From Lama glama (taxonomy: Eukaryota): a DNA stretch of 64,000 nucleotides. The DNA is taken from positions 2,542,001-2,606,000 of the forward strand of contig CM052834.1 of the NCBI GenBank assembly GCA_028534125.1, in the 5' to 3' direction. This document shows, in pieces, positions 35,091-48,689 of this stretch (positions are counted from its first letter, which is position 1; each line of letters opens with the position of its first letter). The notes under the pieces were generated by a model. That model had not been told where the DNA came from. It did not search any database and was given only the letters and a program-made list of their open reading frames with translations. The position numbers were made by a program, and so were the translations under genes.

Positions 35091-35351
35091 CTGTTAGTAA
35101 ATGACAGAAGCTGATTTTTTTTTAAAAAATGTAAATGATACAAAGCAGACAGGTGGGCCCTGGATAATGCAGTCCCTTACAGTTTTATGGTCTTTGGTTA
35201 ATTTTTTCAGATGAAGAAACACACTGTCATTTATACTAAAGTTTGGATGCTAAAATAACTTTCAAAGCATGAGGTCCGGGTTTAAAAAGAAGAGGAGGAA
35301 TCCGTCACTCAGGACAAGGGTGAGAACCACCTCTGGTCACCCTCCACTAAC

Positions 35352-35503
35352 CATCAGAGAGGCACCTGCCTCATGATCTCGGCAGACCAGGCACCCGGCA
35401 CAGCAACTTCCCCGCTAACATTTCCTGAGCCTCTGTAACCCTCTCGGGTCTTGAATTCTTGGTATTTGACAGCAAGGCTCCTTAAGCCTTTAAGAAGGGC
35501 CAC
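35352..35503 (-). other. Putative exon of the same unidentified gene (152 nt, ends in ATG)
   Basis: Acceptor gcacag and donor ATG|gttagt. Confidence 0.35.
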
Positions 35504-38500
35504 CTGTGCACCGCAGGGGGTGGGGGCAGTGAACACTGGACGGAGAGACTCTGGCCAGAGGGGGCAAGGGGCAGGACTGGCCTCAGGGGTAACCGGGAAG
35601 AGGCCGAGTGCCTCCCCAGTATGAAGGGGAGACAGCTGCACGGCCCTCACCTCCAGCAAGCCCTTCTCGCCGTGAACCTTTCCCCAAACTGTTCACTGCT
35701 GTCCGCGGACACGTGGGCACTCCAGGCCCCTCCGCTGAGCATCGCCTCCACGCTTGCCTTGGGCACCCGAACTCAGACCAGGCATAAGAGACCATCCCTT
35801 AGGTGTCCAGGGCTTAGTGAGGTCACAGAGACGCTGGACATCCGCCGGGCCCTCTGCCCTCACCGGCACTTCCCTGATCCTTCTGGATCCTTCTCTGGGC
35901 TCCAGCTGTGGCCTGGGTGAGGCCCCCGCCCCCACTCCCCACAGTCTGCACTCAGCTGTTCCCCCCTCTCCTCCTGGGACTTAATTTCATCTCCTTCACC
36001 ACTAGACGCCCGGAGGTCGGGGCCGGGGCTTTGTGGATTTCTCGGGCCTGGAGGGTCAAGGCTTCTGGTGAACGTGTGGATGTCGATCCCGATCCCCGGG
36101 CCCCTCGCCTCCCTCCACCACCTCTGTGGGCTCTGCCCTCTGCCTGTGCTGTCTTGGAGGTTACAAACCTCATGGACCCGGGAGCCCACAAGAGTCTGCC
36201 CAGCAGGGACACGTACAAGAAGCAAGGTCAACGGTCAAAGGGATGAACAGACAGCTCTGTCTGCACTCGGGTCCCTTCTCCCCATTTCTCTCCAGTCTCC
36301 CTCCTCAACCAGCCACCTGAAACACCCCCCGGAACAGCTCAACCTCCTTCCCCACCCCATCACTGATGCCCCGCTCCCAGGGCTCAGCAAAGGTGACGGT
36401 TAACCTGCATTTTGTGCCCAAAACCGGGCACAGCACTGGACTTGGGAGTCACCCCACCATTCACAAATGAATTTATAGGAAGAGACAAATGGGGGATGTT
36501 TTCCATGGAGCTGACATGGCTGCTTAAATATCCACCGAGGCCTCTGGGCTCAGGAATTGCTCAGAGAGAAGGGCCAACTCCTCAAGAAAAACCCAGCTGA
36601 GCAAACTCCCGGGTGAGACCCACACAGGCAGTCTGCCCGGGACACACCCGAGGCAGGACGATGACAGACGGGCGGCTCTCCAGTCCCAGCGTGCGTCCTA
36701 TCCTGTCTGCAGTGTCCACTGTGTCCTCCTGGTCCAGAGCCCCGGACTCCCACTGCTGTACTGCATGCAAAACCACTTTCACATTAACCCTGACCCCAAA
36801 CTCAGGAAATTAAAGCAGTTGCAACAAAACCACTACATGAGGAATCCCATGGCCAAGCAGAGACGCCGGGTGGGGCGACGGCGCTGAGGGTCTGAGCCAC
36901 GGCCTTCGGTCCCCTCCGAGGGCCGGGGGTGTGCTACTCCCGGCCCCAGGACTGTTATTTCAACTTGGAGTAGAAAAGGCCCCATCGCCTTCTGACACAA
37001 TAGTTTTCTAGTTTTATTTTGGTGGGAGGGCCATTTCTTGAAACAAAGTCCTACCTAGAAGGCAGTCTGCACTTCAGATCAGCCTCGAGCTGGGGGTGCG
37101 CGGAGCCCAGGGGCCTGCCTGTGGGGCCGCTCCCCCTAAAAGCTCCCGGGACCACAGTCTGAAAGACACACACCCATCCCCCTTAATTGGTGATTCGCCC
37201 ACAGACACAGCCTTTCTGGAGCAGCCACTAGCTTCCAGGCGCCGTGAGCCCGCAGGCAACAGGACAAGGAGTCCTCTCTACCACGAGGCTCTCGGTGTGG
37301 CTGGTACAGCAGAGAGAGGTTCAGACGGCGCAGAGTGCTCTGAAGGGAACCGATCAGGGCGATGTGACCGAGGCTGGGAGGCAGCTACTTTAGATAAGGG
37401 GTCACTTCCTCCGTGAGGACGGGTAACGTGAGCTGAGATCAGAACGATCATCTGGAAAGATGCTGCTTTTAAGCAATGAGGAAACAGATGCAGAGAGGTG
37501 AAGGGCCTCTCCCCAGGTCATGCAGTGGGCAGGGAGCCAAGCTGGACCTCATCCGGGTTTCCAGGCTCCCCGGGCCAGGGCACCTTACTTTTGCAGTATT
37601 TACTGAACAGCTTCTACTACAGGCCAAGAAGCCTTGGTGACAGGTGACACCCAAGAGTGACAAATCACAGTCGTGTCTCAAAGTCTGGGGCTACAGGACT
37701 CTGGACACCCTCCTTGGCCTCCTCCGAAGGAACAGTGTTGGTCCGGGGGGCTGGAGGCTCTGTCACCAGGAGACAGAACCCTGAGGGTGACAGCCCAGGC
37801 TGGTGACCTAGGACAGAGCGCTTCCTCCTCTCCCATCTCCAGGCTGCGAACCGCAGAAGATGCCCCAGGCAGCTGCCAGTGGTGGCACAAGAAGAAAATC
37901 CAGCCGGCGGGTGTGAAGGTCCCGGCTCAGCTGGCGGAGGCGCTCGGCACAGCCCCGCTGCTCCAGGGCTACGATTTAAAGACCAGCCAAGCCGGCTCCT
38001 CTTGTGCTGCTGGACGGCCCACACAGGCCTGCACACACCTCACCCACCGGAGATGGAGACCTGGTGCCGGGCAGACGCTCCTTTCTCTGGACGGCCCTGG
38101 GGAGCAGCAGGAAGACAGCTCCTTCCACAACCTGCAGACCAGGCCCCCGAAGCGCCCCCCAAAGCCCTGACTTGGCGCCGTGGGCCCAGCATTGCCCCTT
38201 TGCTTTGGGAGCCCTCCTGCTGTCAAAGCACTTTCCTGGGGGTGAGCTAGTGGGAGCCCCAGGCACCTCACGAGGCAGGCAGGACAGGTTGCTCGTCCTA
38301 TGTTGCACACAAGGCAGCTGAGCCCCAGAATGACAGGCACAGGTACACCACTACCGTCCTAGTGGCCACCACCAGGTTCAGACTCAAACCCGGTCTCCAG
38401 GCTCCAACTGCAGCGTCTTTCATTATCATCCCGTTGCCCGCAGCCTAAACACAGACCATCCACTCTGGCCTAACAGCACCCAGTCCTCTCCCCACGCTTC

Positions 38501-39049
38501 CACCTGCCCTCAGCACGCGGGGTCATTTCCAGAAGCTGCCTTTTCTGTCCGTGCCCCCCTGCCTCACCATGTGTGCCCACGTGCCCAGACCACCAGCACA
38601 GACTTGGCAACCGAGACCCAGGCTGAGGGGCTCCCCGGAGCCCCGCCTCCTTCATGTCTTACAGCCAAGTCACGCGTGTGCACACACGCTGGTGAAAACA
38701 ACGCACCCCAGAACCTTCCACACCTTCCATCCCTGTGTGCCACGCCAGACAACTGCACGCACGGGAACCCGCAGGAAACACAGGTGACAGGGCCCGCAGG
38801 GCTGGGTCCCCACGAACACACAGATGCACCGTGGGACTCGTGGGCAACCCTGCACAGGCAGACAGATCCGCCCAGAACAGTCCTGTGCCTGCAGCAGACA
38901 CGCCAGCTGCCAGCGCTGAGCAAACCCTGGGGCACGGAGCCCAGGACTGTCCGGTTCTAGCCAGCACGGCTCTGGAGCTGCCACCTCCAGCCTGTGGTAA
39001 GAGCCAGGCACCGGGAGTCGGGGTGGACAAAGAGAATGACGTCTGGAAG

Positions 39050-39720
39050 AGGCACAGCCGCGCGCTGAGAGCCGCAGCTCCCGCCCCAGACACAGCGGAC
39101 CCCGAGGACAGTTGTGGACACAGCACCCCGGCGCGCGGGCGCCTCCATCCTGCCCCCACCCTCATCCAAGTCCTGCCCCTGCCCGCCAGGCCCGCGCCCC
39201 GGCTCCGGCTCCAGCTCCGGGGCCCCGCGGGCGGGCGCCCCTCCCCGCGGGACCCGGAGCGGCCGCCGGGCCCCCTCGCGCGCCCCCGCCCGCACTTACC
39301 CGCCGCCGGCACCGAGGGTGGGTGTGGGGGGCCTGGCAGGGCCCGCGGGTCCGAGGCAGCGCGCGCTCAGCCCCGCGCTCGGCACTTCCTGCGGCCGCGC
39401 CCCGCCTCCCGAGCGCCCACCCCCGCGCCCCTCCAATGCCCGGGCTGCTTCTCCCGCCTCCGCCACCGGCGTCCTGTCTTTGTTTGCGGTTGGCTTTTTT
39501 TTTTTTTTTTCCGTTCAGAGCGCACAGAGTGAATCAAGTTGGAGTTTGGGCAGCGGTGCGGTGGCCCGGGGGTCCCTGCGAGGAGGGGGAATGGGTCGGG
39601 CGGCTTGCAGACCCCCACCCGACAGACGTCTCCCTGCTCTCGCTACCCCCAGGGGAGCCCTTGGTGGGGCGGGAAACTAGCAGGATCCGCGGAGAAGTTG
39701 GCGGTGGGGGTGCCCAGGGA
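39050..39720 (-). promoter_or_regulatory. CpG-island promoter with a minus-strand first exon (donor at 39300|39299)
   Basis: Very dense CpG; consensus donor CGG|GTAAGT; ETS site CAGGAAGTG (39383-39391); GC box (39400-39410); CCAAT (39433-39437). Confidence 0.8.
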
Positions 39721-40559
39721 CGCCAGGCACAAGGCGGTCTGATCATAAGAGCTTCGCCTGTGCCCCCCGCCTACACACACAAGGAAGACCCATGGCCGCC
39801 CTGCTCCTCTGGAAGCCCTGCGGGCCGGCAGCTTTCCGTTCCCTGGGCCCAGGGAGAGTCAAGTTTTCTTCCTGGACTGGAGAGAAGAGGAAGAGTGGAC
39901 AGACCCCACCTATCCTGTCCTGTCCTGTGAGACGGCAGGTGCGGAGCTGCGGGAGCTGGGTCTAACCCATGGCGCCTGACAGATTCCATTACTTCCCAAA
40001 GCCGTGAAAGCCTGAGCGTATCCAGCCACTGTCTTTGGAAACTTGGCCACAGCGAGCCTGGTTACACATTTACCAGGTTGCTGGGCCGGGGAAGCCACTG
40101 GACGCAGGGAGAGCTGACAGGACCCCCCAACTGTGAAGGGGGAGCAGAGGGGAGGTGGGGTGGGGGTCTCAGAAGGCGGGAGTTGCTGTAGTCCTCGTGG
40201 AGGAAAACCTGAAATGGGGGGAGACTGGGAGAGACGCAGGGGCTACGGAACCCGCGTGGTGCAGCTGAGGGAAGAATGAGGGGCGGTCTCCAAAGGCCGG
40301 CATGGCAGTGCTGGGGTGAGGGAGCCAATTGGAGGACCTGTGGTGATAGGAAACTGAGAGAAGATGAGATGGAGGGAGAGTGTGGACAAGACAGATGCTA
40401 CCAAGTCCAAGGTCATACTGCGTTTATGTGACAGGCACCCCTGGAGTTGAGCAGTGCACAACCTGCACAGATGTATGCGGTGCAGCCCTGTGAAAACCCC
40501 AGGTTCACGGTTTAACGGGGCTCTGCCCTGGAAGACTGCTGGCACTGTCTTTTTATATT

Positions 40560-41062
40560 CTCACCCCTTCTCTGTTCTTTCCCCGGCATCCAGAACGATC
40601 TTTTTAAAGCATGAGAGCATGGCACTTGTGTGCAAAACCCCTCCAGTGACCTCTCATTGTACTGAGAACAGAAGCAAAACTCTGGGATCCTATGGGATCT
40701 GCCCTTGGCCTGCCCCTTCCACCTGGTCACTTTCTCTCTGCCTGGCTCCCCAAATCTGGCCCCAGCGACTTCCTTTCTCTCTTGGCAAGCCAAGCCCTTT
40801 CCCCATCAAGCCCTTGTACCCGGACCATTCTTCCTCCAGACCTTCACCCACTGCTTTCTTCTCATCATTCAAGTCTCTGCTCAAGTGTGACCCCTCTAGG
40901 AGAGCTCTTCCCTGACCCCAGTTCTAAAGTTCACTCCTGGTCATTCTGCGTAACACCTCTGTCTGCCCCACGAGAACATCTCTTGTTTGTACTGCATTTC
41001 CAGTGCTCAGAACAGTGCCAGGCCTTGGTAATCTTTCTAAAAATACTTGTGAAATGAACAAA
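40560..41062. mobile_element. L2 fragment
   Basis: ccagaacgatctttttaaagcat; tcattcaagtctctgctcaagtgt; aaatacttgtgaaatgaa. Confidence 0.6.
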
Positions 41063-41799
41063 TGTTAATCCACAAGGTAGACTTGGTAGCGGGCAGCTTC
41101 CCAGCCTGGCCCTCGAGTGACAGGGAGAGGCCATCTGACAGCTTGAAAACCAGTACGAGCCTAGAAGTTAAGTGGCCTGAGTCCTGGTCCCTTTCCTTAT
41201 TGTTGCCACCAGAGCCTCCGTGTCCTCACCTGTCCTGGAGGGAACCAGGTTGGCCGATCTCAGAGGTCACGTGCTGGCCACCTCTGTGGCCTCCAGCGCA
41301 CCACCCGTCCAGCACACCACCCATCCAGCACAGGCAGAGGAGCCGAAGAGCAGGTCCTGGGGGTATCCACAGCTGCAGCACCTCCCCTTTCCATGGGCTC
41401 CTGATGTTGGAGGAGATGCCTCGCTTTTTCTGGCCTAAAACTGAGACTTAAATAGCAAGCAGTACTGTAGAGGCAGCGAGTTGCCCTGGGCAGGGAACCC
41501 GCCCCAGACAGACCCTGGTCTGCATCTCCGCTCCCTGCTTCAGACGTTTTCCTACCTTCTCTGCACTGCAGCTTTGGCAGATAGGAACGCTCATACCCTG
41601 CTTACAGATTTGCACGAGGATTTGTGGGTTCCTCTGTGAGAAACTGAAGAAAGATCAACTCCTTTCTGGTTATCTTAGAAAGTGAGTATGTCCACGGGGT
41701 GGCCTGATGCCTGGGTTGCCAGCCAGCCTGGCTAGTTCCCGCCGAGGCTGGAAGGGCTGCAGGGCTGCGCGTGCCCGAGAGCTTCACTTGGTGAAGGAA

Positions 41800-42770
41800 C
41801 AGCAAAAAAATCACTTGTGAGGAAGGCAAAACAGCTGGTTTCCTTATTTGGCACCAGACACCTGTGGGGTGTGAGCCTGCGGAGATGGGTCTGCAGAACC
41901 AGAAAGGAGAGAAGCGAGTGTATTGCTCTTTCCTGGGAAAAGTCACTTGCATTCTGAGGGAGGGCTGCTGGTTGTGTTCCGAGAAGTGAGGCTGTTTGGT
42001 GGCCTGGCTTCCCTCTTCCCCAACACAGAACACTTGCATTTTTGCTGTGTGTGGAGGTAAAGAGATGCTGTTTGGGGAACTTCTACAACGTGCCCGAGGC
42101 TGGACTTGTTATTTTACCTGAGGGGACAGATACGACAGGTCTAACCACCTTCTTTCTCCCGCTTTCTCCCGTGCCTACCCCTTTTATAGAGCCTGGGAAC
42201 CTGAAACTCACCTTCTGAGCACCCAAGAGATGGCCATGTGACAGAGTTCTGGCCCATAATATAGAAATGGATATTTGTTGGACAGATCATCTCCTCCTAA
42301 TTAAAAAAAACAAAGTTTCCAGAAGAGAAGAACTTTAATCTCCTTCCCACGTTTCTTTTCCTCTCACCTGTAATACGGATGTGATGGTTGAAGGTGCAGC
42401 AGCCCTTTTGCAACCATGAGGCAAGGCACGAGGATGAACCCCACCAGGGTAAGAGTCTAGCCCCTGAGAACACATTGTCTCTCACCGAAACATAATCAGT
42501 ATTGTAAGACACACCTTTATTTAAGTACCTTTAGGAAAGATAAAGTGCTGCGAGTTACCCTAACTTGTCTGCAAAGCACATCCAGATTCCCAAGATGTTA
42601 AAATGCCGGGGGAAAAAAAGGTTGGTCTTAGAATCAATGAGAGTTGAACAGGTGTCTGAGCCCTGGCGTATCTACCTCCAGATTTCTGTGAGAACAACAA
42701 ACTCCTGATTCTTTCAGGCATCGCAGTCGGGCTTTCTGTTATTTTATGGCAAAACGTATTCCTAAAGCTG
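41800..42770. mobile_element. Degenerate ERVL/MaLR LTR fragments
   Basis: ggccatgtgacagagttctggccca; gcagcagcccttttgcaaccatgag. Confidence 0.5.
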
Positions 42771-43669
42771 ACCTCTCACACTCACCTCCTGAGACGGGTG
42801 TTAACACCTGTACGTTACTAATGAGGACGTGGACTACAGAGCATGCGACCCACACACCGGGAGCCCACTTGGGGGCCTCCAGGTCGACCGCCCTTGACCC
42901 CCGTCCCCGACCTGCTCTGTTGCTTTTCCTGCCGTGTACGTGGCCTTCGTGGCGGCCCAGCAGGGAAGGGTGACAGCGGCTGTGCAGCTGCACCCAGCCC
43001 CCATCCCGCTGCCCTGGAGGACCCTGGCTGTAACTCATCAGGGTGTGACGTTTGGTCTTGGGAGCTGGAGCCAGGACATCAGAGCTTGGCAACCCTTCTG
43101 GCACAAGGTTTCCTAGTCATTTGGACAGTTTTTCTTGCCCTTTTCCTCACGTTTCTCTTCCCTGCCTTCCTCATCCCCTGTCAGACGAAAGCATAGGCCT
43201 TGAGAAGCCTCCGTGTGCGTGTGGAAGGCATCCCCTCCCCCTGGCTCGCTGATAATTTCTTTCCAGAGCGTGGGGCCCGGAGGCCACATGTGACAGAGAG
43301 AGAAGTTTGCAGAAGAAGGTCCTGGTCAGGAGCTTCTGGTAAGTTTGTCGGTCACTTTCTTTTGCGGACAGCCCCCTGGAGACCCTGGCCGGGGTCGGGG
43401 TGGGGGGACGACTCTGCCCCCGGGCCGGACAGAGGCCGTGTGTGCTCACAGCTTAAGGAAGCCTTCGCTCCAACTGAATTTTGTTTCCTGAAGCTGATGG
43501 AGAAGAGATTGTTGGAAGGATGTTAGCGTTAAGTCAGAAAGAATGGGCCTTTCCAGAGCTCCGTTATCCCATCTGCGAAGGAATTTGAGAACAGTGGGGG
43601 CGGATGACATGAGGTATCCGTCAAACTCACACCCTAGAACATTGTTTTGGGGAGTGTGGTCTGTGGGCT

Positions 43670-44350
43670 CCCTGGAAACGCCTACGAAGCGCACGAGGGA
43701 GGAACGGCTCCGGGAGGGACTCGTGTGGAACGGACGAAACCGGCGCAAAAGCCAGGCTGAGCGGGTGCGGCAGGCAGCCGGGGGCCGGGGAGGGGCAGCC
43801 GCCCGCTTCACATGCGGGCCGGGCCAGCGTCTCCCTGCAGCTGGAGAGGAGGCTGCGGGGAGGGCGGGGGCAGGGCTCTGTGCCGCGACCCCAGGCTCCC
43901 AGCAGAGGCGGGGGTGGAGACGTGGGCGGGCCCTGCGGGGCTTCTCTTCTCCGGAGTGAGTCCGACAGGGGCAAATGGTCTTTTCCCGAGAAAACCCACT
44001 GAGAGCGGTTCCCCAACCCGCACCCCAAGGCCCACAGTCCGGCCTGCCGGCTGGAGAGCTGACCTCTGACCCCCTGTTTGTGCTCAGCCGGGACTCCACT
44101 CCAAGCCCAGCCTGGCCTGGCACCCCAAACCAGAGTTCTCGGAAGGCGTGTTCTTAGGGGCCCACGCACCGCACAGGAAGCCTCGGATTGCAAACACATG
44201 TCGAAAACTGCTGACTCCGTGTGAACGGGTCACATCCCCTAGTCTGCGTCGGAGGGGCCCCTGCGCGCTGGGGAGAGGCGGGGTCGCGCTGTTCGACCGT
44301 GTGCCAGGCTGAGCCGAGCTTCTGGCTTCCGAAGGATTCAGGCTGATGGA
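43670..44350. promoter_or_regulatory. Secondary CpG-rich element (weak promoter or enhancer)
   Basis: Local CpG enrichment with several GGGCGG boxes. Confidence 0.4.
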
Positions 44351-44552
44351 GGCTTCTTTTGTAAATCAGCCTGTATGGTAATTCTTTTCCTTTCCTCTTC
44401 CTGCAAGGGAAGTATTGGGGCGCACTTGTCTTGATCCCACGCGGGGCTGTCAGCTTTTCCCCCCATATTTGTCTGCGGGGCCTGTTCCAGCATCCACCAG
44501 ACTGGGATGGGCTTCCTGGCTCAACAGATCTGTTGAATGCACCCAGGCACAA

Positions 44553-46116
44553 TTTTTAAAAGTTTAACTTTTATTTTGCTCTCATTGATAGGCATGCAGC
44601 TATGAGAAAAATACATAGAGATTCCACACCTCCTTTACCCGGTCTCCCCCACGGCAACATCTTGCAAAACTATAGTCAATACTGCAAAGAGGATATTGAG
44701 GATTTGGGCGCTGACACATTCAAGGTGTAGAACATCTCCATCACAAGGGTCTCAAATGTCACCCTTGTACGGCCACACCCACATTCCTCCCTCCTACCAC
44801 ACCCCTCTGTTACCCTTGGCAACCACTAATCTGTTCTTCGTTTCTACAATTGTGTCATTTCAAGAAAGTCATAGAAGTGGAATCATGTGGCCTGTGATAT
44901 TCTGGGGTTGGATCTTTTGGTTTCACTCGGCACAGTTCTCTGGAAATTCATGCATCAGCCATTCTTTTTTATTGCTGCATAGTATTCCCGGTGTGGCTTT
45001 TTAACTGTTCGCTCACGGAAGGACACCTGGGTTGCTTCCAGTTTGGGTGTGCCATGACTGACGCTGCTAGGAGCAGGTTTCTTGTGTGAACACAGGTTTT
45101 CCTTTCTCTGGGATGCCATGGTTTCATCCTATGGTAGTTGCATTTTTAATTTTTTAAAAAACCGCCTAATTGTTTTCTGGAGTGGTTGCACCATTTCCCA
45201 TGCCCGCCAGCAGCGTGTGAGTGATCGTTCCTGTGCGCCCTCCCCTGCGCCCCGTGTTGCCACTGCTCTTTGTTCTGGTCGTTCTGATACCTGTGTGTGA
45301 TACTTTGATACGATTTAAGTCTGCATGTCCCTGGTGGCAGGGCTGTGGGAGGTCTTTCCATGTGCGCGTTTGCTGTCGGCGTCTCCGCCCTGGTGAAATG
45401 CTTCTGGGAGTCTTCTGCGTGTGTTCTAACAGGATTGTTTGGCTTTCACTATGGAGCTCTGAGACCTTCTGTAGCCTAGCTGCCAGTCCTCTGTCAGACA
45501 GGTGGTTTGCAAATGTTTCCTCCCTGTGTGTGAGCTGTCTTTTTCATCCTCGTAACAGGGTCTTCTACAGAGTGAAGGTTTAAATTTCAATGAAATCTAG
45601 TTTATCAGTTTTCCCTTTTACAGGATGTGCTCGTGGTGTCAAATCTACGAACTCTTTGCCTGACTCTGGAGCCCAAAGATTTTCTCTGCGCTGTTTTCTA
45701 AAAAGTTTATAGTTTCACGTTTAAGTACATAATACATTTCGAGTTAATTTTTGTATGCTGGGTGTAACTTAGGGCAAGCAACAGTTTTTTTTGTCCTATA
45801 AATATCCAGTTGCTCCAGCACCGTTTGTTAAAAGCCTATCCTTCCTCCATCGAATTGCGTTTGCAGATTTGTCAAAGATCACTTGGGCACATTTACGCAC
45901 GACTGTCTCTGGGTCTCGGTTCTGTTCCACTGGTGTTTGTGTCTCCCCCTCCGCCCAGACTGTCCGGGCTCAGTTGCTGCAGAGATATGTTATGATACAA
46001 TGTCCTGAAACTGAGTGGACTGATTCTTCCCACTTTATTCCTCCTTCTCAAACATTGTTTTCACTCTTCCAGATCCTTTGCCTTTCCGTATAAATTTGAA
46101 AATAAGCTTGTCCAAA
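44553..46116 (-). mobile_element. Old L1M (L1MB/MC-like) 3' fragment
   Basis: aacatcttgcaaaactatagt; ggcaaccactaatctgttct; ccagttgctccagcaccgtttgttaaaa. Confidence 0.8.
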
Positions 46117-46180
46117 TCAAGCCTGCAATGAGGTACCACCTCACACCAGCCAGAAATGCTGGAGAGGGTGTGGCGAAAGC
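46117..46180 (+). mobile_element. Short L1 ORF2 fragment
   Basis: caatgaggtaccacctcacaccag...aaatgctggagagggtgtgg. Confidence 0.65.
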
Positions 46181-47765
46181 CAGAAAGCGGAAGGCCAAAG
46201 CAGACCATGTCTAAGCCTAAACCCCTCTGGTAACGGGAGCAGAGGGTGAATGGGCTCCCACGGACTCTTCAAGCCGGTGCTCCTTGGCAGGGTGCTCTTG
46301 GCGTCGGGATGACACCGTGTGCTGGTGCAGGGTGTCCGGCTTCCTGCAGGACCTCTGGCATGCCCGGCCCTCAGTTGTCAAGCACCGGTGGAGCCCTCCA
46401 GTCACTGCGTCAACTTCTTTCAGGTTTCCCCTGGGGGAGGGCACCACCTCCTACTGAGAGCCATTGGTTTAGACCCATCACGGTCCACTCCCAAGTCCAT
46501 GCTCACTTTGTCAGGGCTCGAGGAAGAAGGACGGAAAGGCTGTTGAGTTGGTAACCAACAGAGTCAGCCGCTGGAGGGGAAGAAGCATCCGACACGTAGC
46601 TGGATGTGGGGTGGGGGGGCCTGCCGCCTCTCCCAGGGCCTCCAAATCCTGTGGGACTTACCTTTTCTGGCCTCAGGTACCTCCAAGCCTTCCCACCAGC
46701 CTTGGCCACGTGGAGAGAGATTGCAGTGGGAGAGGAAACCGTGTTCGCTTCCTTTCCTCTCTGGGCTGTGGTTCTAATTGTAACAAATCTTAGACTGGAA
46801 GATACCTTGGGGAGCGTGAACATTATTCTATAGATGGAGACGCTGAAGCCCAGGACGGGGTTGATTTGCTCAAGATCAACCAGAGAAGGACCAGGAACAC
46901 CCTGAACGTCCCAATTACTGGCTTTGCTTCTACTTCACACCCTTCAGTGACACTTAATATTTATCAGGTGCTTACTACAAGACACGATGTGCTGATGGAT
47001 TCACGTCGGTTTTCATTTCAATCTCGGAATGGCTTTATGAGATAGACGCTCTTGTTGTCCCCATTTTAGATCAGGAAATTGAGGCTGAGGAAGTTTCGGG
47101 AAGTTTCCCGAGGTCTGATTCTAGAGCCGGCACAGTTCCTGCCCCATCCGACCACTTCCCTGGGAAACAAGCCTCTGTTGTCTTCTGCTGCCATTTATTC
47201 TGGCTGGATTAGCAAGGCAGTCTCCCAGAGCCCGGCAGCTCCTCTCGCGCTGCGCTCACTACTGCTCTGTCGCCCTCCCAGTTGGAGGAAACGTAGGGGA
47301 AGGTGAACACTTTTACGCTAGTTCTGTCTGACTGAGGAGGGGCAGAAGACGGGGCGCCTGATTCAGCCATGTTATTTTGCTTTTCCTGAAAGGGAAACCC
47401 CTCGTTAACACACCACTCTAACTATTAGGGTGTGCCTTAATTACAACCTGGGGCATACAGAGCTGAAGAAAAGATATGATTAGGACAAAATTAAAATATG
47501 GCAGTGAGTATAAGCTGTCTTACTCAAGTATTGTTTTCAGTTACTCCATGTCTAAGCTTGGCTCTCTTTACTCTTTTATATTTTCTCAATGATTCCAGGC
47601 GTTCTAAAGCTACTTTGCTTGTGCAAGGCTTCCAGGAACTTAAAACCAGCCACTGGCAGCTTTGGTGTAGACACATCCTTAAGGAGGCAATTCCCAGGGC
47701 ATTTCTACTTTGCCTGTGTAGAGAGTTATTCACAACTAACCTCTCCATTCCTTTGTTTGCTTGTT

Positions 47766-47862
47766 CATCCATCCATCCATCCATCCATCCATCCATCCAT
47801 CCATCCATCCATCCAAACATCCATCCAACCATCCCTCCATCCACTCATCCAGCCAGCCATCC
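47766..47862. repeat. (CCAT)n microsatellite
   Basis: Run of catc units that degenerates towards the 3' end. Confidence 0.95.
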
Positions 47863-48689
47863 ACTCAGCTATTCTTTCACTCAACAGTGGTTTAGTAAAC
47901 ACTTACTTATAGTAACCCTACCATGTTTCACATGTCATGGTGTTTAACAAAGAGGTCCCTGGTTTGTCCTATTTCTTGATTCTGTGTTTTCTCCTTTGCT
48001 AGATCACGAACCTTCAAGCACGGACAAGAAAGGGTCTTGTTGCTCTTTCTGTGCCAAGTGTCTGGCACAGAGGAAGGAACCCCATCAGCGTTTGCAGGCT
48101 TGTACCATCCATCCAACAGTGCCTGCCTTCTCCTCACGCCTTCCGAAATAGGCATTGCTTTTCCCCTTTTAAGTTTCTTAGGACATTTTAAAAAGCACAG
48201 AGACGATAGTTTCATCAGAATCTGAAAGAGGATGCAAAAAGAGAAAAATAAACCAGGACAGAGTTCATGAGAATAATTAGAGAGTCGCCATCGCGACTGC
48301 AGTATGTGGGCTGGTTTCTCCCGGCCCCGAGAGGGCTCTGATGGCTTCATTATTTGTATAAACTTCACCATCACCCCGCGGCCCGTTTCTCTTTGGTATT
48401 CCACATGTGGCTCTGGTGTCCTTCCGGCTCTGTGGCGGTGAAAACTGAACCTCAGCATAGCCTAGCGGCCGAGCCATCTCGGTCAGGAACTGAGACGTAG
48501 GGATAGAATAGACCTTGTTAGATTTTAATAGTTCCAATCGTTTGGTGTTATCAGGATATGATCATCACCGGCATCTCACATTTGCTATTTACCGAGCTCT
48601 TAATAAGTGCTAAGAACTTTACATGCATTAGCCTTTCCCCAAAGCCGTAAGCACATACACATACAGTGGAACATCAAGCTTCACTAACT

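Noticed and set aside
36582-36790. Possible additional minus-strand exon (VKVVLHAVQQW...)
   Set aside because: The acceptor is weak, there is no convincing donor, and the peptide is not recognisable.
38735-39930. Long + strand ORFs over the CpG island
   Set aside because: CpG islands are depleted of stop codons. The splice signal points to the - strand.
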